From assembly GCA_001443395.1 (NCBI GenBank), contig LDXK01000001.1, positions 64,001 through 128,000 on the forward strand: DNA of 64,000 nt, read 5' to 3'. Position numbers and translations under genes: made by a program. How positions within the stretch are numbered: the first letter of the stretch is position 1; every line of letters starts with the position of its first letter. The notes beneath the pieces are model-generated. The model worked only from the letters and a program-made list of their open reading frames with translations. It did no database searches and was not told the origin of the DNA. This document shows positions 51,029 through 59,670 of the stretch, piece after piece. This DNA comes from a candidate division WWE3 bacterium CSP1-7 (GTDB taxonomy: Bacteria > Patescibacteriota > WWE3 > 9FT-COMBO-53-11).

Positions 51029-51571
51029 TTAGAACGGAGGTTTAGTGACTTCCATCGCAAATTCCACCGCTTGTGAGGGGCTACCATCCTTGCGGCGAGC
51101 GGAAGCTAGAATCCGGCTCAGTTGAGAACCGAACTTGAACAACCTACGAGCAAATTCGCAATCATTGCCGTGGATCGGACAGGCCTCCGTAAACGCCAGT
51201 GGCCTCCCATCCTGAACGCGAAGATACGAAGCGGTGAAACATTTCTCGCGGGCCGTTCCGATTCCGGCTACGTCGAAAGCGGCGGTTTGCCAATCGCCTC
51301 TCAGGATATAGACCCAGGGGCGTTTCTTCACCTTAGCGAACTTTACGGTTCGGGCAATCTTCTGGCCCTTGAATCGTCGACTGGCGGTACCATCTACCCG
51401 AAGCCAGTGATTGTTTCGTCTAATGAAGAAATCAAAACCGCGATGGAGATCACTATCCAACGTGGCCGGCTCGACGGAAAAAGAATCGCCCTCCCGGCCG
51501 GCCAATCCTGCTCGAAATGCCAACGCGAGAATTATCGCCTTCTCGGTAATGTTTCTCTCGTGAGCAGGCAC
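51029..51571 (-). CDS. Hypothetical protein, possible PD-(D/E)XK-like fold
   Basis: AGAAAGGAGA SD; DLHRGFDFF...RVDGT resembles a restriction-like nuclease core; CPIHGNDC. Confidence 0.55.
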   Translation of the reverse strand: MPAHERNITEKAIILALAFRAGLAGREGDSFSVEPATLDSDLHRGFDFFIRRNNHWLRVDGTASRRFKGQKIARTVKFAKVKKRPWVYILRGDWQTAAFDVAGIGTAREKCFTASYLRVQDGRPLAFTEACPIHGNDCEFARRLFKFGSQLSRILASARRKDGSPSQAVEFAMEVTKPPF

Positions 51572-51599
51572 ATCATCTCTCCTTTCTTAACCAGCGTCC

Positions 51600-51628
51600 A
51601 TTGGACGCTCGCTAGCGAGCTAGCAATT
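51600..51628. repeat. GAC/TAG hairpin element, copy 13
   Basis: attg-GAC-g-ctcgc-ta-gcgag-c-TAG-caat; an inverted half-site GCGTCCA lies just upstream. Confidence 0.85.
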
Positions 51629-51731
51629 CTCGCTAACTCTCCAATTGTAAACGCCGGTGCAAGTATCTTGTTATATCCTATCATTATATTGACTATAGGT
51701 CAAGGGCAGGGGTTATGCTAGGATAGGGATT

Positions 51732-52715
51732 GTGGATTCTCCCCGAAATATTCTGCGTACTATCAAAGCGGCCAAATACATCCTGGTCCCGCTCCACCTT
51801 AGACCGGACGGTGATTCCGTTGGCTCGGTCCTGGGCTGTTACCACTTTCTCCGAGGGCTTGGGAAAAAAGTGGTGCTGGTGAGCGCCGATCCAATTCCGG
51901 AGTCTTTTGAATTTCTCACCGGCGTGAAGCGCGTTCGCATCGGCGACCCGGCCAAACTCGACCTTTCGCGCTTTGACCTTCTTCTTTTCCTCGACCACGC
52001 CGAGACGGGAAGACTAAGCCGCAGCGAGACTTTTTCGCTGCCGTCCCGAATGGTCGTGGTCAATATTGACCATCACGTTACCAACGCCAATTTCGGAGAT
52101 CTCAATTATGTCGATCCCGCTTCGCCCTCCACCGCCGAGATCCTCTTTGATCTTCTTCGCCGTTGGAAAGCCCGGATCACCCCCACAATCGCCGATTGCC
52201 TGCTCACCGGAATCTATACCGATACCGGCGGCTTCCTCTACTCTTCCACGATCCCCTCCACCTTCACCAAGACCTCCCAACTCCTTCGTCTCGGGGCCGA
52301 TCGGGAAAAGGTGGTCGAAAATTCTTTCCGAAGTTGGCCACCCAAAACACTGGCAATTTGGTCTCTGATCCTGGCCAACTCCCGCCGGAGCGGTAGGCTG
52401 CTCTATTCCTATCTCCCCCTTAAGGAAATCCAAAGATTGAAAATCAAGCTTGATGAGCTCTCCCCTGCTCGAAGCTTCGCCACCAACAATCTTCTCTTGG
52501 CCATGAAAGGGATAAAGGCTGCGGCAATGTTCACCGAGGAAGGCCACCGTCTGATCAGGGTATCACTTCGCTCAAAGGCCGGATTTAATGTCGCCAATAT
52601 TGCTAAAGACATGGGTGGGGGCGGGCACGTAAATGCCGCGGCCTTCGACCATCAAGGGTCACTCAAAGAAACAATCTCCAAAACGGTTAAACTATTGCAG
52701 AGAGTATTGGCATAG
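51732..52715 (+). CDS. nrnA: DHH-family phosphoesterase (NrnA-like)
   Basis: HLRPDGDSVGS, IDHH, TDTGGF, GGGH motifs. Confidence 0.9.
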   Translation: MDSPRNILRTIKAAKYILVPLHLRPDGDSVGSVLGCYHFLRGLGKKVVLVSADPIPESFEFLTGVKRVRIGDPAKLDLSRFDLLLFLDHAETGRLSRSETFSLPSRMVVVNIDHHVTNANFGDLNYVDPASPSTAEILFDLLRRWKARITPTIADCLLTGIYTDTGGFLYSSTIPSTFTKTSQLLRLGADREKVVENSFRSWPPKTLAIWSLILANSRRSGRLLYSYLPLKEIQRLKIKLDELSPARSFATNNLLLAMKGIKAAAMFTEEGHRLIRVSLRSKAGFNVANIAKDMGGGGHVNAAAFDHQGSLKETISKTVKLLQRVLA

Positions 52716-52718
52716 ATC

Positions 52719-53591
52719 ATGAAAACTCGCGAAAAATTCTCGCCGTATTCCCTTCATCTCTATGACGCCGAGTGCGCCAAACAGTACTACTTTGAGTATC
52801 TCGACGCCTACACCAGTGATTTCCGCAACAAGCCCAAACTAAAGCAGATTCTCGTCGCAGACGGAAGAAGCAAGGACCTCGTTTTTGGAGATGTGATCCA
52901 CCGGACACTTAATGATTTCTTCCATCTCAATCCGGGAGAAAGAACCGAACCGCGCTTGCTCGAAATCCTCAAAGAAACTTGGGCTGGTCCGCGCGGAAAA
53001 GAACGCGGTTTTCCGGGCATCGAGGACGAGAGAAAACACTACGAACGAGCGCTTAAACTGCTCAAAATCTTCGTCAAGACCCAGAATCTTAATCCCGAAA
53101 TTGCCTATCTCCCCCAAACCGAAGCGGAGGGAGAATTTGTTAAAGAAAATCTGCTGATGTTCCCTTTTGAGCCCGGAATGATTCTGCAAGGAAAGGTTGA
53201 CCGAATTGACCGGGAAGAAGAGGGCTATCATCTGATTGACTACAAGACGAGCCGCAGTGAGACCCACGATAATCTCCAATTGTTTGCCTATGCGATTCTT
53301 TCTCGGCAAGCATTGGGAAAACCGATCCAGAAAGCCAGTTATTTCTATCTTGAGACCGGAAACTTCCGGACTTTTCCCGTGACGGAAAAAACCGAAGAGG
53401 AGACCCGGCAACGGATCCTCGAGATGATTACCCGCATCAAGGCCGATGAGGAGTTCTCCCCCCGGCCTGGCAAACGCTGCTATTGGTGCCCTTACGTGGA
53501 GTTCTGTCCCGCTAAGAACAAAGCCGGCGAATACATCGCGGAACTTCGCCAGAGCAAAGGCGAAACCGAAACCGTCGATCTGCCGTTCTAA
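52719..53591 (+). CDS. PD-(D/E)XK RecB/AddB/Cas4-like nuclease
   Basis: GKVDRID, IDYKT, QLFAY motifs; Cys near the N-terminus plus C-terminal CxxCxxxxxC. Confidence 0.85.
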   Translation: MKTREKFSPYSLHLYDAECAKQYYFEYLDAYTSDFRNKPKLKQILVADGRSKDLVFGDVIHRTLNDFFHLNPGERTEPRLLEILKETWAGPRGKERGFPGIEDERKHYERALKLLKIFVKTQNLNPEIAYLPQTEAEGEFVKENLLMFPFEPGMILQGKVDRIDREEEGYHLIDYKTSRSETHDNLQLFAYAILSRQALGKPIQKASYFYLETGNFRTFPVTEKTEEETRQRILEMITRIKADEEFSPRPGKRCYWCPYVEFCPAKNKAGEYIAELRQSKGETETVDLPF

Positions 53592-53626
53592 TTTGCTATT
53601 CTTCTAATCAGAGGGGGTGAGTTAAT

Positions 53627-53875
53627 TTGGAAGAAAAAATCGGTGAAATAACCCACTATTTTGGACACATCCCAGCCGGGATTATCAAACTGACCGGCAC
53701 CCTCAAGAAAGGCGCCAAGATCCATCTCAAAGGGGCAACCACGGACTTCACCCAAGAAGTTACCTCGATGCAGATCGATCACAAAGACATAGAGGAAGCC
53801 AAGAAGGGTAAAGAGATCGGGATCGAGATTAACCAGAAAGTCCGCGATGGGGACGAAGTGTTCCTCGTAACCTAA
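53627..53875 (+). CDS. Small EF-Tu-domain-II-like beta-barrel protein
   Basis: IGEITHYF...IHLKG...SMQIDH...VRDGDEV; GGGGGTGA SD with TTG start. Confidence 0.78.
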   Translation: MEEKIGEITHYFGHIPAGIIKLTGTLKKGAKIHLKGATTDFTQEVTSMQIDHKDIEEAKKGKEIGIEINQKVRDGDEVFLVT

Positions 53876-53891
53876 GCAAAACCCGCTAGTT

Positions 53892-55289
53892 CTACTCTTC
53901 AGTTATCAAAGTAATCGTAATTCTATTTGTGGTTTTCGGAACCCGTTGCAAACTTTCCGGCAGGTTCGGCCAAAGGACCAGCTCATAGGCGTTGACATCA
54001 CTCAGGGAATTCAGATATTCCTGGGCCGAGCGCCCATTCCTCCCCGCCAAATCATTTTTGATCTTCTCTTCATCAATCTCCGGAATCACCTTGGCAGAAA
54101 CCTTCGCTTTGAAAGTTAGCTTGCCGCCTTTCAAGACCGGGTTCAACGGTACGATCTCGGTCTCCCCCGGAAACAGGGTGAAGCCGGCCGGGACCAAACT
54201 GGAAAGAGTCTGGGAAATCAGCTCTTGGATGTCCGCTCCCTTGTAGGTAACCGTGGTGAGTTTTATTTTCAGGGTCAAGGAAATGTTTTCCGCCTGTTCC
54301 CCGACCGTGTGGGAATAGGTCTTTTCGACTACTTCGATCTTGATCGCCTTATCCACCACCACTTCGTCCACTCCGCTTTGGCCTTGGATCGTCTCTTTGG
54401 CATTAGCGACTAATTCTTTCTGAAGATCCGTCAGTAGTTTGGATTGATCGGCGGCGGTGGCGATGGTGACCTCCTCGGAAGTTCCGCCGGTGAAAGCGGC
54501 GGTGTTTGTCCCTGAAATTGATACACCGCCAACACTACAGCCAGACACTACTGTGAAGTCTTTTCCAGCCGAAAGATTATAACTTGAGCCAATTTTCTCT
54601 GCGGTAACGCTAGCATCCTTACTTCCCGGCGAGTCAAAACTTAAAGCAGCATCAGTGAAGAAAAATAGGCCGCTTGAAACTTCCTTAATTTTAGTTCCCT
54701 GTGAACAGTTCTGAATTTGAGCACTCGTAAAAGTCACAGTTCCTTTCGCTTTATCCCCCACGATCGCCGTTCCGGTCGCCGGGGTGGATTTGTTCCCACT
54801 CTCCTCCACCACCTGGGAAGTTCCCGGGACCGTCCCGGTGGCTGCATCCACCTTTTCCGCATCGGCATCCACCACCACGGGAATTTCCTTAACCAAAGGG
54901 ATCGGGGAAAGGGTCAGAATCACCTCCGCCTTGGGAATGTAGTAGAGGGCGCCAAAGACAGCCGCTCCCAAAACCGCCAAAATCCCCAGCGCCAGCGCGA
55001 AAATCATTATGATTTTCCGGACCCGGCCAGCCGGTGGCTGTTTTTTCGCGGCCGCTTTTTCCTCCCTTTCAACTTTCGGCAAATCCACCCCATTCTCTAA
55101 AGAACCGATCAGCCTCTTACTCCGAGGGCCAGTCGCCACGAAATGGATCGTTTTGTTCTCCCGCCGGCCTTTATCGCGCAGGATTCTGAGCATCAAAAGA
55201 TTAAAATTGTCCTCTGGAATATCAATCGTCACCTCTCCGTTCTCCGCCCCCAGAATTTTTTCCATCAAGCCAAAAAGATGGACGTCCAT
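53892..55289 (-). CDS. Membrane-anchored protein with a baseplate-J-like extracellular region
   Basis: Single transmembrane helix; KAKGTVTF, VTAEKIGSSYN, FTGG motifs; coupled to the ftsA-like gene. Confidence 0.65.
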   Translation of the reverse strand: MDVHLFGLMEKILGAENGEVTIDIPEDNFNLLMLRILRDKGRRENKTIHFVATGPRSKRLIGSLENGVDLPKVEREEKAAAKKQPPAGRVRKIIMIFALALGILAVLGAAVFGALYYIPKAEVILTLSPIPLVKEIPVVVDADAEKVDAATGTVPGTSQVVEESGNKSTPATGTAIVGDKAKGTVTFTSAQIQNCSQGTKIKEVSSGLFFFTDAALSFDSPGSKDASVTAEKIGSSYNLSAGKDFTVVSGCSVGGVSISGTNTAAFTGGTSEEVTIATAADQSKLLTDLQKELVANAKETIQGQSGVDEVVVDKAIKIEVVEKTYSHTVGEQAENISLTLKIKLTTVTYKGADIQELISQTLSSLVPAGFTLFPGETEIVPLNPVLKGGKLTFKAKVSAKVIPEIDEEKIKNDLAGRNGRSAQEYLNSLSDVNAYELVLWPNLPESLQRVPKTTNRITITLITEE

Positions 55290-56335
55290 TATTGTCCCTC
55301 TTCCTCCTCAAAATCGCTCCCTGTCTCGGAATCCTTCGCCCCCGGCTCCGGCCCGTCGGCCTCTTTGCGCAAGCGCAGGGCCACCTGTCCGAGAGAGGTG
55401 GAGAGGCGTTCCTCTTCAAAGGGAACCAGTTCCGGAGCGATTTCGAAGTGGTGGTCGCGCGACCAAGGATAGGAAGCGACCACTTCCGAGAGACCGGGGA
55501 AAACCGCCGCTCCTCCCGTCAGGTAAATTTTGGGAGGAAAGGTCTCAACTCCCTCAAAGGCGGAGAGAGTCGAGGAGAGGGCTTCCAACCAGAGGTCCAG
55601 AAAAGCCACCGGATTGCCGTTCTCTTTAAAATCCCACCAAAAACTCCTGGTTTCCATCAGCTCTCCGCCAAAGGCAAGGCTGATCTCGGTTTTGGATCCG
55701 CCCACATCAAAAACCAGAGCATTCAATTCCTCTTTTTCATCCGAAGATGAGAGGGTATGGGAGAGTTCAGTCACCAGATTGAAGGAAAGAGAGCTAAACC
55801 CCCAGAGCTTCAACCCTGATGGTTTCACCAGCTGGGATAGTTCCATCAAGTAGGGTTCGGATGCAAATGAGGTGAACAGAAAAACTTCCATTTTGTCGGC
55901 TTCTTTAACTTCCAGAATTTCGGCCTCGACCTCGGAAATTTTCAACCGCGGTTCTCCCAAACCGATGCGAATATCAACCTCGGCGGAACGCTGCGCTTCT
56001 TGCCGGGCGTGAGAAACCAAATCAGGTACATCTCGACTGGTGCTGCTCCGAACCACTGTGGTGAAAGCCAGGGTGTGAGGACCGGAGATTCCCACCACCG
56101 CCAGGGGCTCGGCCTCGGGAAAATCGTGACGAAGCTGGCCAACCGCTTCCTTGAGATTAAAAACATCATCCCCCAAAACGCCGACCCGGGAGATTTTGCG
56201 GGAGCCGAGAGCGACCACATTCCCATCCGTTCGATCGAGCACAAATGCCTTCAAATTTTTTCCGCCCAAATCCAAGGCAAAGAACTGATCGGGAAATTCC
56301 TCTTTTTTTCCGAAAGGTAAACTAATTTTTAGCAT
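55289..56335 (-). CDS. FtsA/PilM-like actin-fold protein
   Basis: ALDLGG, DVGGSKT, LTGGAA motifs. Confidence 0.7.
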   Translation of the reverse strand: MLKISLPFGKKEEFPDQFFALDLGGKNLKAFVLDRTDGNVVALGSRKISRVGVLGDDVFNLKEAVGQLRHDFPEAEPLAVVGISGPHTLAFTTVVRSSTSRDVPDLVSHARQEAQRSAEVDIRIGLGEPRLKISEVEAEILEVKEADKMEVFLFTSFASEPYLMELSQLVKPSGLKLWGFSSLSFNLVTELSHTLSSSDEKEELNALVFDVGGSKTEISLAFGGELMETRSFWWDFKENGNPVAFLDLWLEALSSTLSAFEGVETFPPKIYLTGGAAVFPGLSEVVASYPWSRDHHFEIAPELVPFEEERLSTSLGQVALRLRKEADGPEPGAKDSETGSDFEEEEGQ

Positions 56336-58076
56336 TTTGGATAGGAAACACCCGCCCGTAGATCCGGCGGATCCCACTACCGGCCGATTCCTCCTTGATT
56401 ATCTCAAAACGGCCGAGTTGACTGGTCTTTGTTACGTGCGGCCCCCCGCAGAGTTCCTTGGAAAAAGAACTCTTGGGATCGTCACCGACGTGATAAAGAG
56501 AAATTTCTTTGACTCGGGCGTATTTCTCGGAAAATTCCGCCTCGGCGCCGAGCTTTTTGGCCTCCTCAAAAGTGGTAATTACTCTTTTCACCGGGAGATT
56601 TTCTTTTATCTTCTCATTCACCAAATCACCCACCTTCTCGATTTCGGCAGCGGTGAGTTTGCGATCGAAGGTGAAATCGTGCCGAAACTTGTCAACCTCC
56701 AAGTGCTGACCGGCTTGGTGCACCTGTGGTCCCAAAACGGTTCGCAGAGCGGCGTTGAGAAGATGGGCCGCGGTGTGTTGGGGAGCAATCAACTCGTCCT
56801 CTCCTTCCCGCTTTTTCGCAGCCGCCCGGGCTCGCTTCCGCTGCTCTTCAAGATTTTTTTCAAACTCTCTCACGTCCACCTCCCAGCCCTTGGGTTTCGC
56901 CAACTCCTGGGTTAGCTCCAACGGAAAACCATAGGTGTCATAGAGAACGAAGGCGTTGACGTTCTTGCCCATTTTTTCCATCACGCGAAGCCCCTGAGCC
57001 AACGAACGTGAGAACTTCTGTTCCTCTTCTTCAACTACCACCTGAATCTCCTTCTCGCGCGCCGCCAGTTCGGGATAGGTATCGCCGTACATTTCAATCA
57101 CCTTGCGGGTTGGTTCCAGCAAAAAGTATCCCTCGATTCCCAGAAGCCGGCCGTGCAATATTGCGCGACGCAATATTCGCCGCAGGACATAGCCTCGGCC
57201 CACGTTCAGCGGCGTCACCCCGTCCCCTACCATAAATACGGCGCCGCGGAGGTGGTCGGCGATGATCCGCAGCGATCGCAGCTGAGCGGGCTTCAGATCG
57301 TTTTTGCGCTCCACGAGATGCGCCAGCTGGTGGAGCAGATCCAGCAACGGCGCAAAAAGATCGGTTTCAAAAACGTTGTCTTTCTTCTGCAGAATCGAAA
57401 CGAGGCGATCCAACCCCATTCCGGTATCGATGTTCTGGGATTTTAGTTTGGAAAATTTTCCAGCATCATCTTTGAGATACTCCATAAAGACCAGATTCCA
57501 GAGCTCAATTTCCTTTCCATCGTCTAAGACGTAATAGATCTCCGAACAGGGACCGCAAGGTCCAACCTTTCCTCCGGGAGGACCCCAAAAATTGTCCTCT
57601 TTCCCCTGTTCGCGAATTTCGATTCCCGGAACCTCCTTTTGCCATATTTTGATCGCCTCCTCGTCGCGAGGAATCCCCGGCTCTCCAGCAAAAACAGAAA
57701 CAAACATCCGCTTCGGGTCCAGCTTCAATTCTTGAATCATAAAATTCCAAGCCAAAGGAATTGCTCCGTCCTTAAAGTAGTCCCCTATGGAAAAATTACC
57801 CAACATTTCAAAAAAAGTGAGGTGGCTTTCGTCCCCCACCTCCTCAACATCGGAGGTTCGAAAGCACTTCTGGACCGAGGCGAGACGGACATTGCCGAAT
57901 CTTTCTTGAGCGTCGGCTTCACCTATCATGTAGGGCTTGAACTGCTGCATCCCGGCGGTGGTCAAGAGAACAGAATCGTCAGTGGGCGGCGGAACTAGTG
58001 GAGAAGAAGGCACGACAGTATGGTCGTGGGAAACAAAATAATCGAGGAATTTTTGACGGATTTCTTGATGAGTCAT
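56322..58076 (-). CDS. alaS: Alanine-tRNA ligase (short, lacks the C-Ala domain)
   Basis: AGMQQFK, FFEMLGNFS, DTGMG, HTAAH, ELCGGPH motifs; ends just after the editing domain. Confidence 0.96.
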   Translation of the reverse strand: MTHQEIRQKFLDYFVSHDHTVVPSSPLVPPPTDDSVLLTTAGMQQFKPYMIGEADAQERFGNVRLASVQKCFRTSDVEEVGDESHLTFFEMLGNFSIGDYFKDGAIPLAWNFMIQELKLDPKRMFVSVFAGEPGIPRDEEAIKIWQKEVPGIEIREQGKEDNFWGPPGGKVGPCGPCSEIYYVLDDGKEIELWNLVFMEYLKDDAGKFSKLKSQNIDTGMGLDRLVSILQKKDNVFETDLFAPLLDLLHQLAHLVERKNDLKPAQLRSLRIIADHLRGAVFMVGDGVTPLNVGRGYVLRRILRRAILHGRLLGIEGYFLLEPTRKVIEMYGDTYPELAAREKEIQVVVEEEEQKFSRSLAQGLRVMEKMGKNVNAFVLYDTYGFPLELTQELAKPKGWEVDVREFEKNLEEQRKRARAAAKKREGEDELIAPQHTAAHLLNAALRTVLGPQVHQAGQHLEVDKFRHDFTFDRKLTAAEIEKVGDLVNEKIKENLPVKRVITTFEEAKKLGAEAEFSEKYARVKEISLYHVGDDPKSSFSKELCGGPHVTKTSQLGRFEIIKEESAGSGIRRIYGRVFPIQNAKN

Positions 58077-58120
58077 CACTAGAAGAGTATAGGATACCAA
58101 GCCGACAATTTGCTAACTGA

Positions 58121-58283
58121 AAATAAAAAGGGGCACCGATCTGCCTTGGTCCCTACCGACCAAGGCAGGTCGCTGCCTCCAAAATCCTAGACCTCGGAGG
58201 TCTAGGACGACCTCTCCCAAACTCGCTTCTGCCGAAACGAGTTTAGGAGAGAGGTCAACTCAACCGGAGTTGGGTTGACCTCG
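58121..58283 (-). other. Four stacked hairpins ending in a terminator-like stem and U tract
   Basis: gaggtcaac/gttgacctc, ctcctaaactcg/cgagtttgggag, cctagacct/aggtctagg and ctgccttggtc/gaccaaggcag stems, then TTTTATTTT on the minus strand. Confidence 0.7.
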
Positions 58284-58287
58284 ATGA

Positions 58288-58902
58288 TCAGGCACGGTAG
58301 AGAAGAACAAGACCCTCCGCCACTGACATAGCGAAATCAGGTTGAAGCGATTGAGGTTCCCCGATCTTCTTACCGTTTTCCTTCCGCCGGGCCATGATCA
58401 GTCGGCCGTCCGGAAAGAAGAGAGGTACGCGCGCCTCGAGATTGATGCTCAAGGACTTCTGCCCAGGAACCTCAACTCCATCCAGGTAGAACGGGTTGAG
58501 GAACGCCCGGACGCGCCAGAAGGCGGTGCGGAGCATTTCCTGAAGCTCGGCGCGAATTGCATCCTTCACCTGCATGAACTCCGCCGAAGGCATCGCGAAC
58601 TCCCGCCGGGCGAAGAGGAACCGGACCATGTAGTAGGTCTGATTGAGCCGATCCCCGTCCACCCGCTCTTGGTAGAACGCATCCACCAGCTCGAACCCGT
58701 TCCCTTCGAAATCACCGACAAGGTGCCCGAGGAAAACGTTCTCGGTCGGTTCGATCACTCGTTCCCCGGTCGCCTGCAGCTTGCGGGCGACGTACTCGAA
58801 GGCGGTTTCTCGCTTCCGCCGCTTGATTCCCGAGGGAATAACTTCGGGATTGGAGAAGCTGAACTGAACCACAATCATTCGAACGTTTTGCAGCGGGACC
58901 AT
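58288..58902 (-). CDS. Hypothetical protein
   Basis: 204-aa ORF with GGGAGG SD before ATG 58902; no family recognised. Confidence 0.75.
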   Translation of the reverse strand: MVPLQNVRMIVVQFSFSNPEVIPSGIKRRKRETAFEYVARKLQATGERVIEPTENVFLGHLVGDFEGNGFELVDAFYQERVDGDRLNQTYYMVRFLFARREFAMPSAEFMQVKDAIRAELQEMLRTAFWRVRAFLNPFYLDGVEVPGQKSLSINLEARVPLFFPDGRLIMARRKENGKKIGEPQSLQPDFAMSVAEGLVLLYRA

Positions 58903-58929
58903 CGGAACCTCCCGAAGCATTCAAGGGCT

Positions 58930-59520
58930 TGGAAATTTAACCGGTTATCCGGACCCTTTCCTAAGCGCGCCAATCTCTTGGCGGGCTTGGGAAAACTGCG
59001 CTTTTAGATAACCCGGAAGCGCATAACCGGGAGAAGTGGATCACCTCCCTTCAGAACTTTCTTTCCGGTCTCCGATTGCCGTAGGCGAAGATCGAACCGA
59101 TCCACCAGAAAAGAAATTGAAGCAACACGTCTCTGCTCCTTTCCGAAGGTTTCGAACCCACTCGTGGTGAGCGGAGTCGAATCCAGCAGTCCGCCTAAGG
59201 TGGACTCTTGGATTCGGCCGATGAGAAGAGTGATGCTCCTCATCGGCCGCGGGCTGTTTCACGGTTGGCGGGAAGCGCAACTTAGTGAAACTCGCCCGGT
59301 GGGAAACTAACGTGATTCCCGTGACGGTAATCTCTCCTGATTCCTGAGAACCGCCCACGAAAATGGCAGGATGGTCCAACTCTCCTTTCTTAAAAAGAGG
59401 AAAGCAGGTGTCCCTCACCTTCTCGTGAACGAATCTCAAGAAACAAAAACCGGGCCTAAAGCCCGGGATATGTTCATCCGCAACTTTAGGTAGGTAAAGT
59501 CAGCTAATCGGATAGGTTTT
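58930..59520 (-). ncRNA. Candidate large structured RNA or leader
   Basis: More than 10 consecutive or nested hairpins directly downstream of a near-consensus promoter; overlapping ORFs look spurious. Confidence 0.55.
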
Positions 59521-59532
59521 TAACTTAACTTA

Positions 59533-59561
59533 ATAGTAACAGCCGGATGTCCTCTTGTCAA
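59533..59561 (-). promoter_or_regulatory. Near-consensus sigma70 promoter
   Basis: TTGACA, 17 nt spacer, TACTAT with extended TG. Confidence 0.75.
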
Positions 59562-59623
59562 GAACTATGGGTTTTACAACCCGGGAAGTTAACTCTGTAT
59601 TCAAAATAGCTATAATCATCTTG

Positions 59624-59658
59624 AAATGGACGCTCTGATGAAACAGAGCTAGCATTTT
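59624..59658. repeat. GAC/TAG hairpin element, copy 14
   Basis: aaatg-GAC-g-ctctg-atgaaa-cagag-c-TAG-cattt. Confidence 0.88.
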
Positions 59659-59670
59659 AAAAGAAATAAA

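Noticed and set aside
52719-53591. Cas4 of a CRISPR system
   Set aside because: No cas1, cas2 or array nearby; standalone nucleases of this type are common.
53892-55289. Prophage or contractile injection system
   Set aside because: No other phage structural genes; the protein is membrane-anchored in a housekeeping context.
56322-58076. Truncated AlaRS as a pseudogene
   Set aside because: Catalytic and editing motifs are intact; loss of C-Ala is known in reduced genomes.
59165-59200. tRNA- or tmRNA-like GGATTCGACTCC...CACCA on the minus strand
   Set aside because: No proper T-stem or acceptor stem could be built.
59004-59439. ORFs 59041-59439 and 59004-59243 as proteins
   Set aside because: Atypical composition, mutual overlap and coincidence with dense hairpins; treated as likely non-coding, though not excluded.
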